Shown here: positions 40,800 to 51,981 of the stretch, piece by piece
Layout: each line of letters starts with the position of its first letter
Numbering within the stretch: position 1 is the stretch's first letter
NCBI RefSeq assembly: GCF_032062105.1
Contig: NW_026937503.1
Location: 1-64,000 of the forward strand
Direction of reading: 5' to 3'
DNA: 64,000 bases
DNA from: Saccostrea cucullata
Lineage: Eukaryota
Position numbers and translations under genes: made by a program
Notes under the pieces: generated by a model
Database searches by the model: none
What the model saw: the letters and a program-made list of their open reading frames with translations, nothing else
What the model was told of the DNA's origin: nothing

Positions 40800-42790
40800 A
40801 TAAAGATAACGAACAGTATTCAAGATCAAAATTCCATAAAATAAAGCTAAATAGGAGCATATCAAACACGGACCTCCGAAACATCAGAGGTAGGACCAGA
40901 TGCCTTGGAGGAGTGAGCATCCCCTGTCGACTGGTCGACCCCGCCTTGTGCTCCTTGTCATGATCTGTAATGAACGGAAAAATCAGTGTATCACTAATGA
41001 ACGAATAATTAGTATGAAAAACATCGGTCAGCATTTGACTCATTGATGAATTGCACTTGCTGATATTGTATCGACCATAGAACGTACGAAATGATGATTT
41101 TAAACGAGACAGCTAAAATTCTTTGTTCTGTTTCATCAACTTGTTTTCTAATAATTTACCTCGTTTTAGAAATTGCTTTTTCGTATCAAATCAACTGAGA
41201 CGTATGCAGGTGAAGAATGTATATTGAGATACCTTTCCGTAGACAACGAGAAGAATTTTGGATTAGAAAACTAGGGACAGCCTTTCCCTTTGGATATAAT
41301 GACAATGTCGATAGTGTTGGAAGTCTTTCCAGTCTACGTTCGTACAATAACCTGCAGTACACGATGTCTCGTTTGATTTATTACTACCTTATGTAAATCA
41401 ACAATTAGGTCTACATCACATTCGAAAAAATCTTTTCTCTGTTCATTTGAAACTTTTAAATAGGCTTCTTGAAAAGGCCGAGGAACATCCAATTTTAGAG
41501 TCTTCGTCACCTGAATATACTAGTCTTGGATCTGTGATTATGGATATTGTATATAATACACATGTAGGCTTTTTAAACCCGCTCGTTTCACGAAAGAAAA
41601 TGCAGCTAAAACAATGTCTTTTCCTGAAACTTCATTATGCCAATAAAGGAATTGAAGCGGTTAATATAAGTAATATTCTTAATCACAAAAGGGTCCAATC
41701 TTATATTCCACTATATTTCATGTTAAAGACTACACCTTGTATTTCCTACAAATATACGTCGACCATTGCTTCCAAACTTTTCAAAAACAAAAAATCTTTA
41801 CATGGCTTGGATACCGACTATCTGAAACATAATCCTCCTTCGTGTTCATGTTCTTCTTCGTCCTATAACTACATTCCTGCTGGACACGTTATTACAGGTG
41901 ACATAAATATAGTTCGTAAAGAGGGCCTAAGATCACTTATTTTAAAATGTCCTAAATATAGGGAATCCCGATCCTTCAACTGGCATCGGAATTTCATAAA
42001 TATTATTGATTCTGTTGAAAATTACGCCAGACGATGGGCCACATATGAAAAAGAGGACGTTGACACTTTGTCAGAATGGATTAAATGTATCAGATACATG
42101 TTAAAGTCAGCTATTAAAAGATTGAGATGCAATACGAAGACCATCTATCCTTCTGTGTTCAATAAACCAGAAGTGAAAAAAGAATTAGATAGATTACACG
42201 AATCAGTACGTACTTGTTTCTGACGACAAAGCAGGTAACAACATTGTCTTCGTTTGTAAGGCTCATTATATAAATTGCATTCTAGAAGAACTTGGATTTA
42301 ATTCTACAAGTAGTAATCATACTTATACTCATACTTCCCTTTCTAAGGAAGATATTCTTATATTATGGATTCTGTTGAAAATGAGTCATAATGAATTTGA
42401 ACTACCTTAAATATACTGGATTCCGAAACTTCATAAGAATCCTTACAAACAAAGATACATTGCAGGTTCCAATAAATATTCAACTAAGCCTCTTTCGTTA
42501 CTCCTCACTAGCATATTGACAGAAGTGAAGTAAAAACTTCAAGAGTACTGTGCAACTATATATTCAAGAAATGAGGTGAATCAGATGTGGATATAAAAAA
42601 TTCAAAAGAACTTTTGGACAATTTGAAATCACAAGACTTTACAAAAATCAATAGCTTGAAAATTTACGACTTTTTAACTTTATACACAACACTTCCCCTT
42701 GACAAATTAAAATCCAGGCTTTTTGATTTCATTGACAACTGCTTCTTCAATAAAAATGGAATTTTACCTCGTCATTGGTCATTTCCACTG
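40800..42790. mobile_element. Naiad PLE: inverted 3' fragment (-40800-41225) plus N-terminal-EN, CxC linker and RT fragment (+41235-42790)
   Basis: GIY-YIG C-terminal motif QREEFWIRKLGTAFPFGYND lies upstream of PPSCSC, PAGHVITGD and RT motifs; this permuted order is diagnostic of Naiad. Confidence 0.85.
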
Positions 42791-42799
42791 CCTAATATC

Positions 42800-43560
42800 A
42801 AGAGCAAAGTGTCTTCTGAAGTCCTTCTTATGCAAAAGAGGTTACAATGCCCGCACCGTACAAACAGCTAATGATGAGATGGCGGGAAATGACAGGAAAA
42901 ACCTATTACGCTACAAGTAGAAAGACAATAGCGGGACGGTCCCTCTGGTAACCATATACGATCCCGTCCTTAAAAACCTTAGCGGTATCCTTCAAAAGAA
43001 CCTACCAATTCTCCATTCAAACAAACGAATGGCAGAGGTCTTTCAGAAACCCCCATTAACCGCATACAGACGCCCAAGGAACCTAAAGGACATGGTAGTA
43101 AGAACCAGACTGGACAACCCATTACCTAACGGGGGCTTTATAACTTGCTCTGAGAGAAGAGGTCTTCTTCGTAAGAACAGCACTGACACAGACAGTTTTA
43201 ACAGCCCTGCTTCAGGCCGCAGCTACAAAATACTAGGGAATTTGTCCTGTCATACTGACAACTGCATTTACATGTATCTCATCAGCTGCAAAGTTTGCTC
43301 CAAACAGTATATTGGTGAAACAGGAGATCTCTGCAGTAAAGTCAATAACCACCGTTCGACCATTAGGACCAAAAATTAAATGAACCCGTTGTTGAACATT
43401 TCAACCTTGAGGGTCACAAATGGGAGGACATGACAGTAGTGGTGATTTACCATAACCCAAGATGTACAGATGCTCAGAGAAAAAAGCAAAGAAAAGTTCT
43501 GGATGCACAGATTGAAATCAATCCGCACAATGGTATTAACAAACTTAGTGACTTCGCCAG
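42800..43560 (+). mobile_element. C-terminal-EN PLE (Neptune-like) 3' fragment with GIY-YIG endonuclease
   Basis: RGY...PPLTAYRRPRNLKDMVVR...NCIY(MY)LISCKVCSKQYIGETG...NNHRSTI...EHF...KFWMHRLKS...GIN; disrupted. Confidence 0.85.
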
Positions 43561-43896
43561 AATGAATGTAAACTAGACCCAATTCCTGATGATACTAAAC
43601 AAGTTTATTCTCTCAATTTAGTGTAAACTCTACAGTTAATTTGCGTTACCAACTCTAGAACAACTCACATAACCATGTATTGCTTACGCCTTTGTTAATT
43701 ATTTTTTTCCCATAATCAGTCCTAAAACATTGCAGAATTTTTTAAATAGATCATAATTCATATTTTTTTAAAATCCATGCTACATTATTTTTCTTTGATT
43801 ATTCTTTATCAAGTATAGTTACGCTATTTTGAGAGAATGAAACAATTTACTAAACTACTAAACACTAGATATTTACATACTTAATTACATTGAATA

Positions 43897-44695
43897 AAAT
43901 GCTGACTGACGTTTTTCATACCAATTGTTAGTCCATTATTTATACACTGAATTGACCACGGATTTTTTCCGTTATTTCCTGATTATGACAACGAGCACAC
44001 GCCGGATGTGACAGGTCGGCAGGGGATGCTCACTCCTCCATGGCACCTGATCCCACCTCTGATGTTTCGGAGGTCCGTGTTTGCTCTGCTCTTATTTTGT
44101 ATATTTGTTTAATGGACGTTGAGATTGAATACTGTTCGTTATTTCCATATCCTTCATGATGAATTGGAAATTTTTAAGAACACTAATAAAGAAAGAAATC
44201 CGGACCGCTATTAAATGCGTCCGGTCTATCGGGTATACTCGGCTATATATATATATTGTTCACAGGATAGATTACATTATGATTTTTTTTGATAATAAGA
44301 GTAAAACGTGTCAAAATTAACAATAACCCCACCCTTATCCACCCACCTGCCCATTTTACCAAACATAATAAAAATGTTACCCTTTAAAACTTCAAAGTCA
44401 ACGTAATATTGATAAATAAAAATCGCGTTCGGTTTCTTAATTGAGGAAGTGCATAAAATTTAAGTTTTCATTTACTTATCTTGGTCTAAGGTTTTAATTT
44501 TTGGAATTAATCAATAATTATATATACAATACAGATTGGCAATATGAAATAAAATAAATCAGGGGATGCTCACTCCTCCATGGCACCCGATCCCACCTCT
44601 GATGTTTCGGAGGTCCGTGTTTGCTCTGCTCTTATTTTGTATATTGTTTAATAGACGTTGAGATTGAATACTGTTCGTTATCTCCATATCCTTCT
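43897..44695 (+). mobile_element. Two Naiad 3' UTR/pLTR fragments (43897-44155, 44560-44695)
   Basis: Family 3' motif, near-identical to the 5405-5660 copy. Confidence 0.85.
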
Positions 44696-45387
44696 TTTAT
44701 GTGATATCAAATAGTAGATGAGTCTACATTAGCTACAGAGCTATAGCGTTATGGTTTTATATTTAATTATCTGAGCATAGCGTTATGGTTAAAGACTAAA
44801 ATATACTATTAAAACCTTATAACGCTTCAGTTCGATTGAACAGTTGTCTCACTGCACAAATGTACCATTTATAAATGTTATGAAATATATACCCTCTAAT
44901 CACTTTGCAGTGTAAGGACGATTCTTAATACATTGTATATCATACCTAGTAATAATTTTCTCCCTCATCAGTGATCTATTAAAAAATTGGCCGACCTACT
45001 TATTCTCCAAGTCAACGATAAGAAATTATGATATTCTACAAATACGTGTTTAGTGTTCTGTTTAATGAGAAAAATAAGATTATATACATACTTTAAATAA
45101 AATATAATCCAATTTTTTTTTTTCGTTTTGATACATAAAACATTTTTTCTTGCATTATCATTTCAGCAAATGACCCATTTACTATAAATATATTCAACAG
45201 TTTTTTGATAGTAAAAACATAATAAACTGGAGTTATCAAATGTTGAACCCGCTTTTGATTGGCTAGTTTGGATCTTGAAATTCGAAACTCAAATTTCGAA
45301 TCTAGTATTTCGAAACTCGAACCTCCCCGATAACACCTGATCTTACCTCTAGCGTTTTTGAGGTGCGCTTTTGCTCTTCTCACCTCT

Positions 45388-46005
45388 TAGTCTTCCCCGC
45401 TTTCGTATAAGCGAGGGGACATTAAATCTTATTCGTCTGCCCGTCTGTCCGTCTCTCTGTCTGTCCGTCTCTCCGTCAGTCTGTCCGTCCGTCACAAAAA
45501 CTTTTACCTTGCCCATAACTTTTGATTAAGTGGAGCTATGACTTTTATATTTCACAAGTGTATTTCTTGTGACAAGACCTTTCTTTGACCTTTTCATCTT
45601 GACCTTGGAGTTTGACCCACTCTTACACAAAAATTCCACACTTTTACTTTGTCCATAACTTTTGAATGGTAAAAACTAGGATTTTCATATTTCACATATG
45701 GATTTCTTGTGGCAAGGCCTTTTATTGGTTACCCATAACTTTGACCTATTGACCTTGACCTTAGAGATTTCTGTACTTGTGAAAAACTTTAACCTTTTCC
45801 ATAACTTTTGAACAGTAAGGGATAGGGCTTTCTTACTTCTTCTTATGAGAAGACCCTTCATTGGATACAAGAACTTTGACCCTTTAACCTTGACCTTGGA
45901 GTTTAACTTAATTTAGAAAAAACAAACCTTGACCATAACTTTTAAAGTGTTAGGGCTAAGGCTTTCAATATCCTTGTGTCAGGAACTTTCATTGGATTTC
46001 AAGAA

Positions 46006-46036
<31 letters not shown>

Positions 46037-46148
46037 GATAAAAAAATCTTTAGGTCTGACTTAATAAATTTAATTTGCATATCAGAAAAATTTAATCTTT
46101 GCTATGTTACCATTAGGGGTTCTCAGTGTTTCAGAAACACATCTTGTT
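45388..46148 (+). mobile_element. HINE-like element with (GTCC/GTCT)n tract and ttgaccttgacct-type internal repeats
   Basis: 5' ccccgctt..aagcgagggg inverted repeat, microsatellite, 3' gtgtttcagaaacac hairpin. Confidence 0.7.
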
Positions 46149-46490
46149 CCTTATATTGAGAAGAGATATGGCTTTCATATTTGACATGTGCAATACCTGT
46201 GACAAAATATTTCCCAGCATGCTATGATATGTGACCTATTGACTTAGACCTTCAGGATTGATTTTTAAATTTCTAAATGACATATGATAGGGCATTCATA
46301 CTTGAGACAATATGTCCTAAAAAAATGACATCTCACCCACAAAGAGGTGACCACAATTCGTTGAATTTGCTTGTTTTGTATCAATTGACATTTGAGCTGG
46401 GAATTGGTTCATTATCTTCTTATTTTACTCGAAGAATAATTTTTAAATTTTTAAGGACAAATGACTTTATTTATATAAAATAAAACTTAC

Positions 46491-48843
46491 AATTGGATGA
46501 AATATCAACCCTGTTCCCCGAGTATTGATTTTTACTTCAGAGAATCGAGAGCAGGCTGAAATCCACTCTTCTCCAGCACAGTCACTTGTTTATCCAAAAG
46601 TTAGATTGAAATCCCCTGTACGCAATGCAAACGTATAATCTGTTCCATCCACCGACATATCCGATGGGTATAACAATATACAGAAAGACATGTGTACCAC
46701 AAGAAATATCAAATTAAATTGCGCCAAAATCATCAGAAAATATTGCAAGAGCAGAGATTATACTGGTGTAATTACCATTTTCGTCATATCGTACGAAAAA
46801 CTTACATACGAGGTATGTTATGACATATAAAGGAAATGCAGTTTCCAAATTTAGAGAGAGAGAGAGGGAGAGAGATTTCACAAATTGCAGTAGAAATGGC
46901 AAGTTCTTTTTTAAAAATATCTCTTCAATTTAACGTAACTGAGCTTTCATGATGAACTCCGTTGTATGAAAAATTATTTGGTTCCCAGTTACACAAGATA
47001 TAAAGACTAAATCGCAGTATCAACCGTTCATGCCAGTGTAAAGCTGTGGAGAGTACAAGACGTGTGTGAACGGACAGCGATTTAAGTAAGTGAGACTATT
47101 ACGTCAGCTTACAGAAGAAGTCGACCTTATAAGATAAAAGTCTAGTCTACAAGAATAGTAAGAAATAAAGGCTGTTGTGTTGTTCGAGTGGCAAGCCACT
47201 CAGAGGCTAACCAGTTACGGAGGTTAGCCACTTCAGCTGTAATTCGTCTTGTTGACCAGTCTAGCGACCAGGCTGTTGTGTGCAGTGTGTCTGCCTGAAT
47301 AAGACTAGCAGTGTGCACAGCAGTTGAAGGGCTGTCACTTGTACTGACTGTGTCCTGAATAAGGCTGCAGTGCAACTGTCAGTCCGATTTTGGTCAGTGT
47401 AAGGGATAGCCTACCCACTGCCATTTTCTTAATCATCTGTAATTACTTAATTTACTATTCAATATTAACGTGATTACTAACCGAGATAAAGTTGGCCATT
47501 TATTTGTTTATTTTGCAGGCCTTTATAATCTATCATTTGTCAATCATTTATGAAGAATGATTATATTATATTGGAAATCATCCCCCAAAACCTTGAATCG
47601 ACAAGGTACGACCCCGGATTGCTAAAAATATTCCGCTCGACACGTTACAATTTGGCTCCGGTAAAAAATGGGAAAAAAATATTGTAAGGAGGATTGAGTA
47701 TTAAGTGAATTAATGTGTACATTGTGTTTAAAGTGGTTTTGCGATGATTTATTGATATTATTTGACTAACTTTGTCAAGGATTCGGAAGTATACTTTTGC
47801 AATATTAGAAAATTCCATTGTTTGAAAATATTTCCGGTTCACCCATGAACTCAGCTCACTTTAGAATGTACATATAGTACAGTATAAATGACGGTGTATA
47901 AATAAGAAGTGGCCAGAATTTCGATACTTTCTGAATCTCTTCCTTTACAAACTTAGTATGTCTAAAACTGTAGCTGATATTACAAAGATTACAAAGATTT
48001 TAGTGGAAATTCACTTTCTGAATCTCTTTCTTTACAAACTGAGTATGTCTAAAACTGTAGCTGATATTACAAAGATTTTAGTGGAAAGTCACTCCGTTAT
48101 ATTGTAATGAATCAATTTGTGAAAACAAGGACAATATAGTGAGTAAAGAAAAGAACATAAAACTTACCAATACTGAACTGAAAAACTTGAAACTAGATTG
48201 ACGGCAATTGAGGCGGGGATTGTGTCTTTGAGAGAAATTCAAGGGTTCCTGGGCGCAATGAAGTCGCATGTTGTGAAGTGTGTTGAGAAGGATGTACATG
48301 TAAAAGCCTAGCTGCAGATCTGTAGCGTTATGGTTTTACATATTTGTCTTTCATAGCATTCAATATTGGTTTCTTAAGAAATATTAACAATAAATACAAT
48401 GGAATAAAAAAATATTTCAACAATTAGTGCATCTCTCTCTCATAATCACAGTCGGGTGAATTTAGAATTGGGCGATTTCAAAGAAGACGATATACATGTA
48501 ATTTGAAATACCAGTAGTTAAAACGGACCAAAATTGATTGCAATTGCGAAGTAACGCCGTATGTAGGGTTACCTCTATGTTAATGGCCACTTTCAAAAAA
48601 ACTGCTTTCTTTAGTGGAGGCGTATATGTAGAGGTGCAGCGTTCGTATGCACTTAACCAGTTAGAACGGTCGTGTTGAATAAAGGAGCTTTCATTCTTAG
48701 AGTGACATACTCTTTTGGATCTGTTTGCATGTCATGACAATAAATCTTCACCCTTGTCCCATTCGTTGCTGCAGGATACAACCAGTATTCACCATCCTTA
48801 GTTATTCCAGAGCATCCAGCGATGTCGGAACACGACTGGGGTA
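46491..48843 (-). pseudogene. GON-domain gene, copy 2, pseudogenised; exons 48573-48843 and 46491-46661
   Basis: PQSCSDI...DGEYWLYP...KIYCHDMQTDPKEYVTL, then FG*TSDCAG..KINTRGTG; frameshifts, in-frame TAA and acceptor AG changed to CG. Confidence 0.8.
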
Positions 48844-48929
48844 CTTCATTAAATACAATTAAAATTTTACAAAACAACGATTTACGATAACAAAAATAAT
48901 AATGCATAATATTAATATTAGTATTGTTG

Positions 48930-49230
48930 TATTGATGATGATGATGATGATGTTGATGTTGATGAGGATATTGGTGATGATAATATTGATGTTGATAATA
49001 TAAATGAAGAAGATGTTGATTTTAAAGATAAGGATATTGATGATGCTGATTGATGACGATGTTAATGATGATATTGATGTTGATTATATTGATGATGATG
49101 ATGATGATGAAGATGACGATAATAATATTGATGTTGATTGATAATGTTGATTGATGACAATTTTAATGATGATGATGGTGATGATGATATTGATTGATGA
49201 TGATGATAGTTATGATGATGATGATGGTTA
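48930..49230. repeat. Imperfect (GAT)n microsatellite
   Basis: Directly visible. Confidence 0.9.
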
Positions 49231-49591
49231 TTAATATCATTATTGAGTCTGACGTGTATAACCCTTAAAGATCTATATTGAACATAAAAAACAAAATATC
49301 AGGATATGCAAAATGTATCAAACCAAAGTACTTTCGGGGACCACACCAATAAACTTCGGAAACGACGCATTAATATATATTGCTGATTCAAAATTAACAT
49401 CAAAGACTTCGTGATTTTACTTCATAAGATATCCCTGTCATTTTTCGTATGAATAATTAGAAAAAATTGTTCCAGTCATCAGCAAATTGAAACATATTCA
49501 AAATTAATCAGTCACCAGTCGTACTAAATATAGATTAAACATTTATTTAAAAAAAAATATCAAACGGTAGTTTTAGCATGATCAATAAAAA

Positions 49592-50922
49592 TACGAGGGC
49601 TGTTCAATAAATAATGTCCTCGTTGCTTGGAAAAAAAAGCTTTTCAATGATGTAGTCTTAATGATTTTACGTAAAAATTCTTTTTAAAATAAGATACACG
49701 TCCGTAACATTTTTAACTAATGCCTGATTGTTTTTATAACTCATTTTTGAGTATGTCCCTTCGTATACTTGAAAATGGCATATCCTATGATTTCATTGAC
49801 TTGTTACTTCTTTCTGAAAAGATTTTTTTCAAGTTTGGAAAATGAATCAAGTCACAAGGTGAAAGATCTGGCGAATATTGTTTGTGTGACAAAACATTAA
49901 CTTTCTGTTTATCCCCAAGCTCCTTCACTTTTAAGGACTTGCTGTTTTGGACGGTGTCATGAAGAAATTTAATGTAGCGGATTCCTGATTTTGGTTCCTT
50001 CCTCTCATAAACCTTTCGATTTTTTGCAAAGATTTTGCTTTCTAGACTCCTTCAGAATTAAAAATGCATCCGCGAGTATGAATTTGAACAACAAGACCAC
50101 TAATATTTAAGAAAATGGAATATAAATCTGTTTTTGTGCTCCTGCAATTCTTTCCTCTTCTCAGACCTTTTCTGTTTTTGTCAGGTATATCTTATTGTAA
50201 ATTTTGTTTCGAGGGTTTTAAGCAATAGATACAAGTTTCATTATCTGTTTGAATTTCAGACAAACGTTAATAAGTACAATTTCTTATGTTTTAAAATAAT
50301 TTAGATATTCTTACACGCTATCATTTTCAATATTTCTTTTTCAAAACATAGGGTGACCTTTGAATACTAAGCATTCAGTGTTAAATGTTTCTTAATTATA
50401 TCTATCAAATTTATCTATCTTCACTAAAACTATCGGCAAGTCAATCATACATAATCAGTGATTATTTGTTGAATATTGGCAAACAGTACATTGGTTGTAA
50501 CAATTCCTTGTCGCCAAGGTCGGTGCCCATTTGTGATGCTCATTATATTATGTTTGTTCATTGAAATCCACCTGCATATGTGTCTATAAAACAGACATAT
50601 GGTTGCTGTAAATTTGACATATTTCAGTGATTATTTCTTTAGGATTCTTAACAAGTTTTTCAGCAGCTTTGATAAAGCGCTCAATTTCACACTATAGTTT
50701 ATTGATTCTTCACCTTTCATTTTTAATGCAGTGTCTCGAATAGCCCTTATTCTCTAGCTTTTCACAATGACACTATGTGATGAAAAGTGGTTACATAAAC
50801 TGTTCAAATTCATTAAAGATCCAATAATGAGAGAAATTCAAGCTAAATGTCAAATGATATCTATGTTATATGTCATAGAGTTATTAGTCATAGAGGACAT
50901 TATTTATTGAGCAGACTTCGTA
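49592..50922 (-). mobile_element. Non-autonomous mariner-like element, copy 2
   Basis: TIRs tacgagggctgttcaataaataatgtcctc and gaggacattatttattgagcagacttcgta. Confidence 0.75.
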
Positions 50923-51375
50923 ATTAAAAAAATGGACCTTTGAGTCTGATTACTGTTCGTTATCTCCACACATGTATATTTCATTAATTAATTTGAACAG
51001 CATGGACCCTCACTTTAATCTTACATGCAAAAATGTAATTGTTCATGGTCTGTGAATGGAAAAGGTTGTGTTTCATGAAAACAGCATTGGAATATAACAA
51101 TAAATTTTTAATTTAAAACTCATTAATTTTTCAAGTTAATTAATTTCACCAGAATCGACTGCTTTAACCAACCTATTAGTTGTACAAATAGCCAGAAAAA
51201 TTGTTCATATAAATAGTGAAAAGCTAAGTATTATCATTTATAATCAAAAACAAAATTTTATGCACTTATAATATACTTCAGTAAAATGCACAAATAAATC
51301 CTTCCGCATGGTTAGGACCTACAATTCCCCGTCTCTAGCGCTCAAATTAAGTTCAAGATGTTTAAATTTTGCATG

Positions 51376-51416
51376 CTCTTTCGAAAAAAGCATTTTCCTC
51401 GGATGAGACCTTATAC
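51376..51416 (+). repeat. Left copy of ~41-bp target-site duplication
   Basis: ctctttcgaaaaaagcattttcctcggatgagaccttatac is identical to 63950-63990; single copy at the paralogous site 20577-20617. Confidence 0.92.
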
Positions 51417-51461
51417 TGTAAAATAAAGTTGCCACCCGGCACCACGTGTGCCGACGGAAGA

Positions 51462-51534
51462 GGACCTGACACCTGAATCGGTGTTTCGGGCACATTTTAG
51501 GAATGTTCCAGGGTCTGCCACTCATCAGAGGTCC
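51462..51534 (-). ncRNA. Type I hammerhead ribozyme (family A, 3' copy)
   Basis: Minus strand GGACCU-CUGAUGA-G(U)GGCA..UGCCC-GAAA-CACC gauuca GGUG-UC^AGGUCC; all core nucleotides and stems I-III present. Confidence 0.9.
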
Positions 51535-51981
51535 AACCCAAATTAAGTTATCATATTTTAGTTGTATATCTCTGGCATGGTGGTGTTTCATGCAATAATA
51601 TTTGTAGTGGACATGTATTCTGTTACTGTTCCACTAATTAAGCTTTGTGAATAAAAAGCTTTATGTTTTGGATATGTCAATGAATAAGACAATATCAAGG
51701 AGAATTAATATTCTCTGTGGTGCGAGCTTAAATTGTTTGCTCGTCTTGTTTTGTGGTACATGTTGTACTAAACGGCTCTTAGATAGAGCTGCAGTTGAGA
51801 TTCGTTAGAATCGGGCGGGGCGACCGTCACATAGTCGCGCTGGAAGAGTTAATGCACGTGGCACGAGAAAGCGCATTGGTTGTTTGTTTGGAGTGTTGGG
51901 TAATTGACAGCCACCTGTTCCCTGATATCTGCTTTGCATGCTTTTCGCTATCACGGATTGTCTGATTTGTTAATTGATATG

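Noticed and set aside
43585-43610. ctgatga after the Neptune-like fragment as a hammerhead
   Set aside because: No stem II, GAAA or stem III follows; at most a truncated remnant
51319-51591. 90-aa ORF (and its 83-aa twin at 56069-56320)
   Set aside because: Overlaps the hammerhead and runs across the insertion junction with different C-termini; incidental frame
51535-51981. Frameshifted or spliced GIY-YIG endonuclease downstream of the family A RT (and 59788-60293 for B)
   Set aside because: No GIY/YIG, CxxC or E..WI motif seen in any frame; in B the hammerhead begins 3 nt after the stop codon
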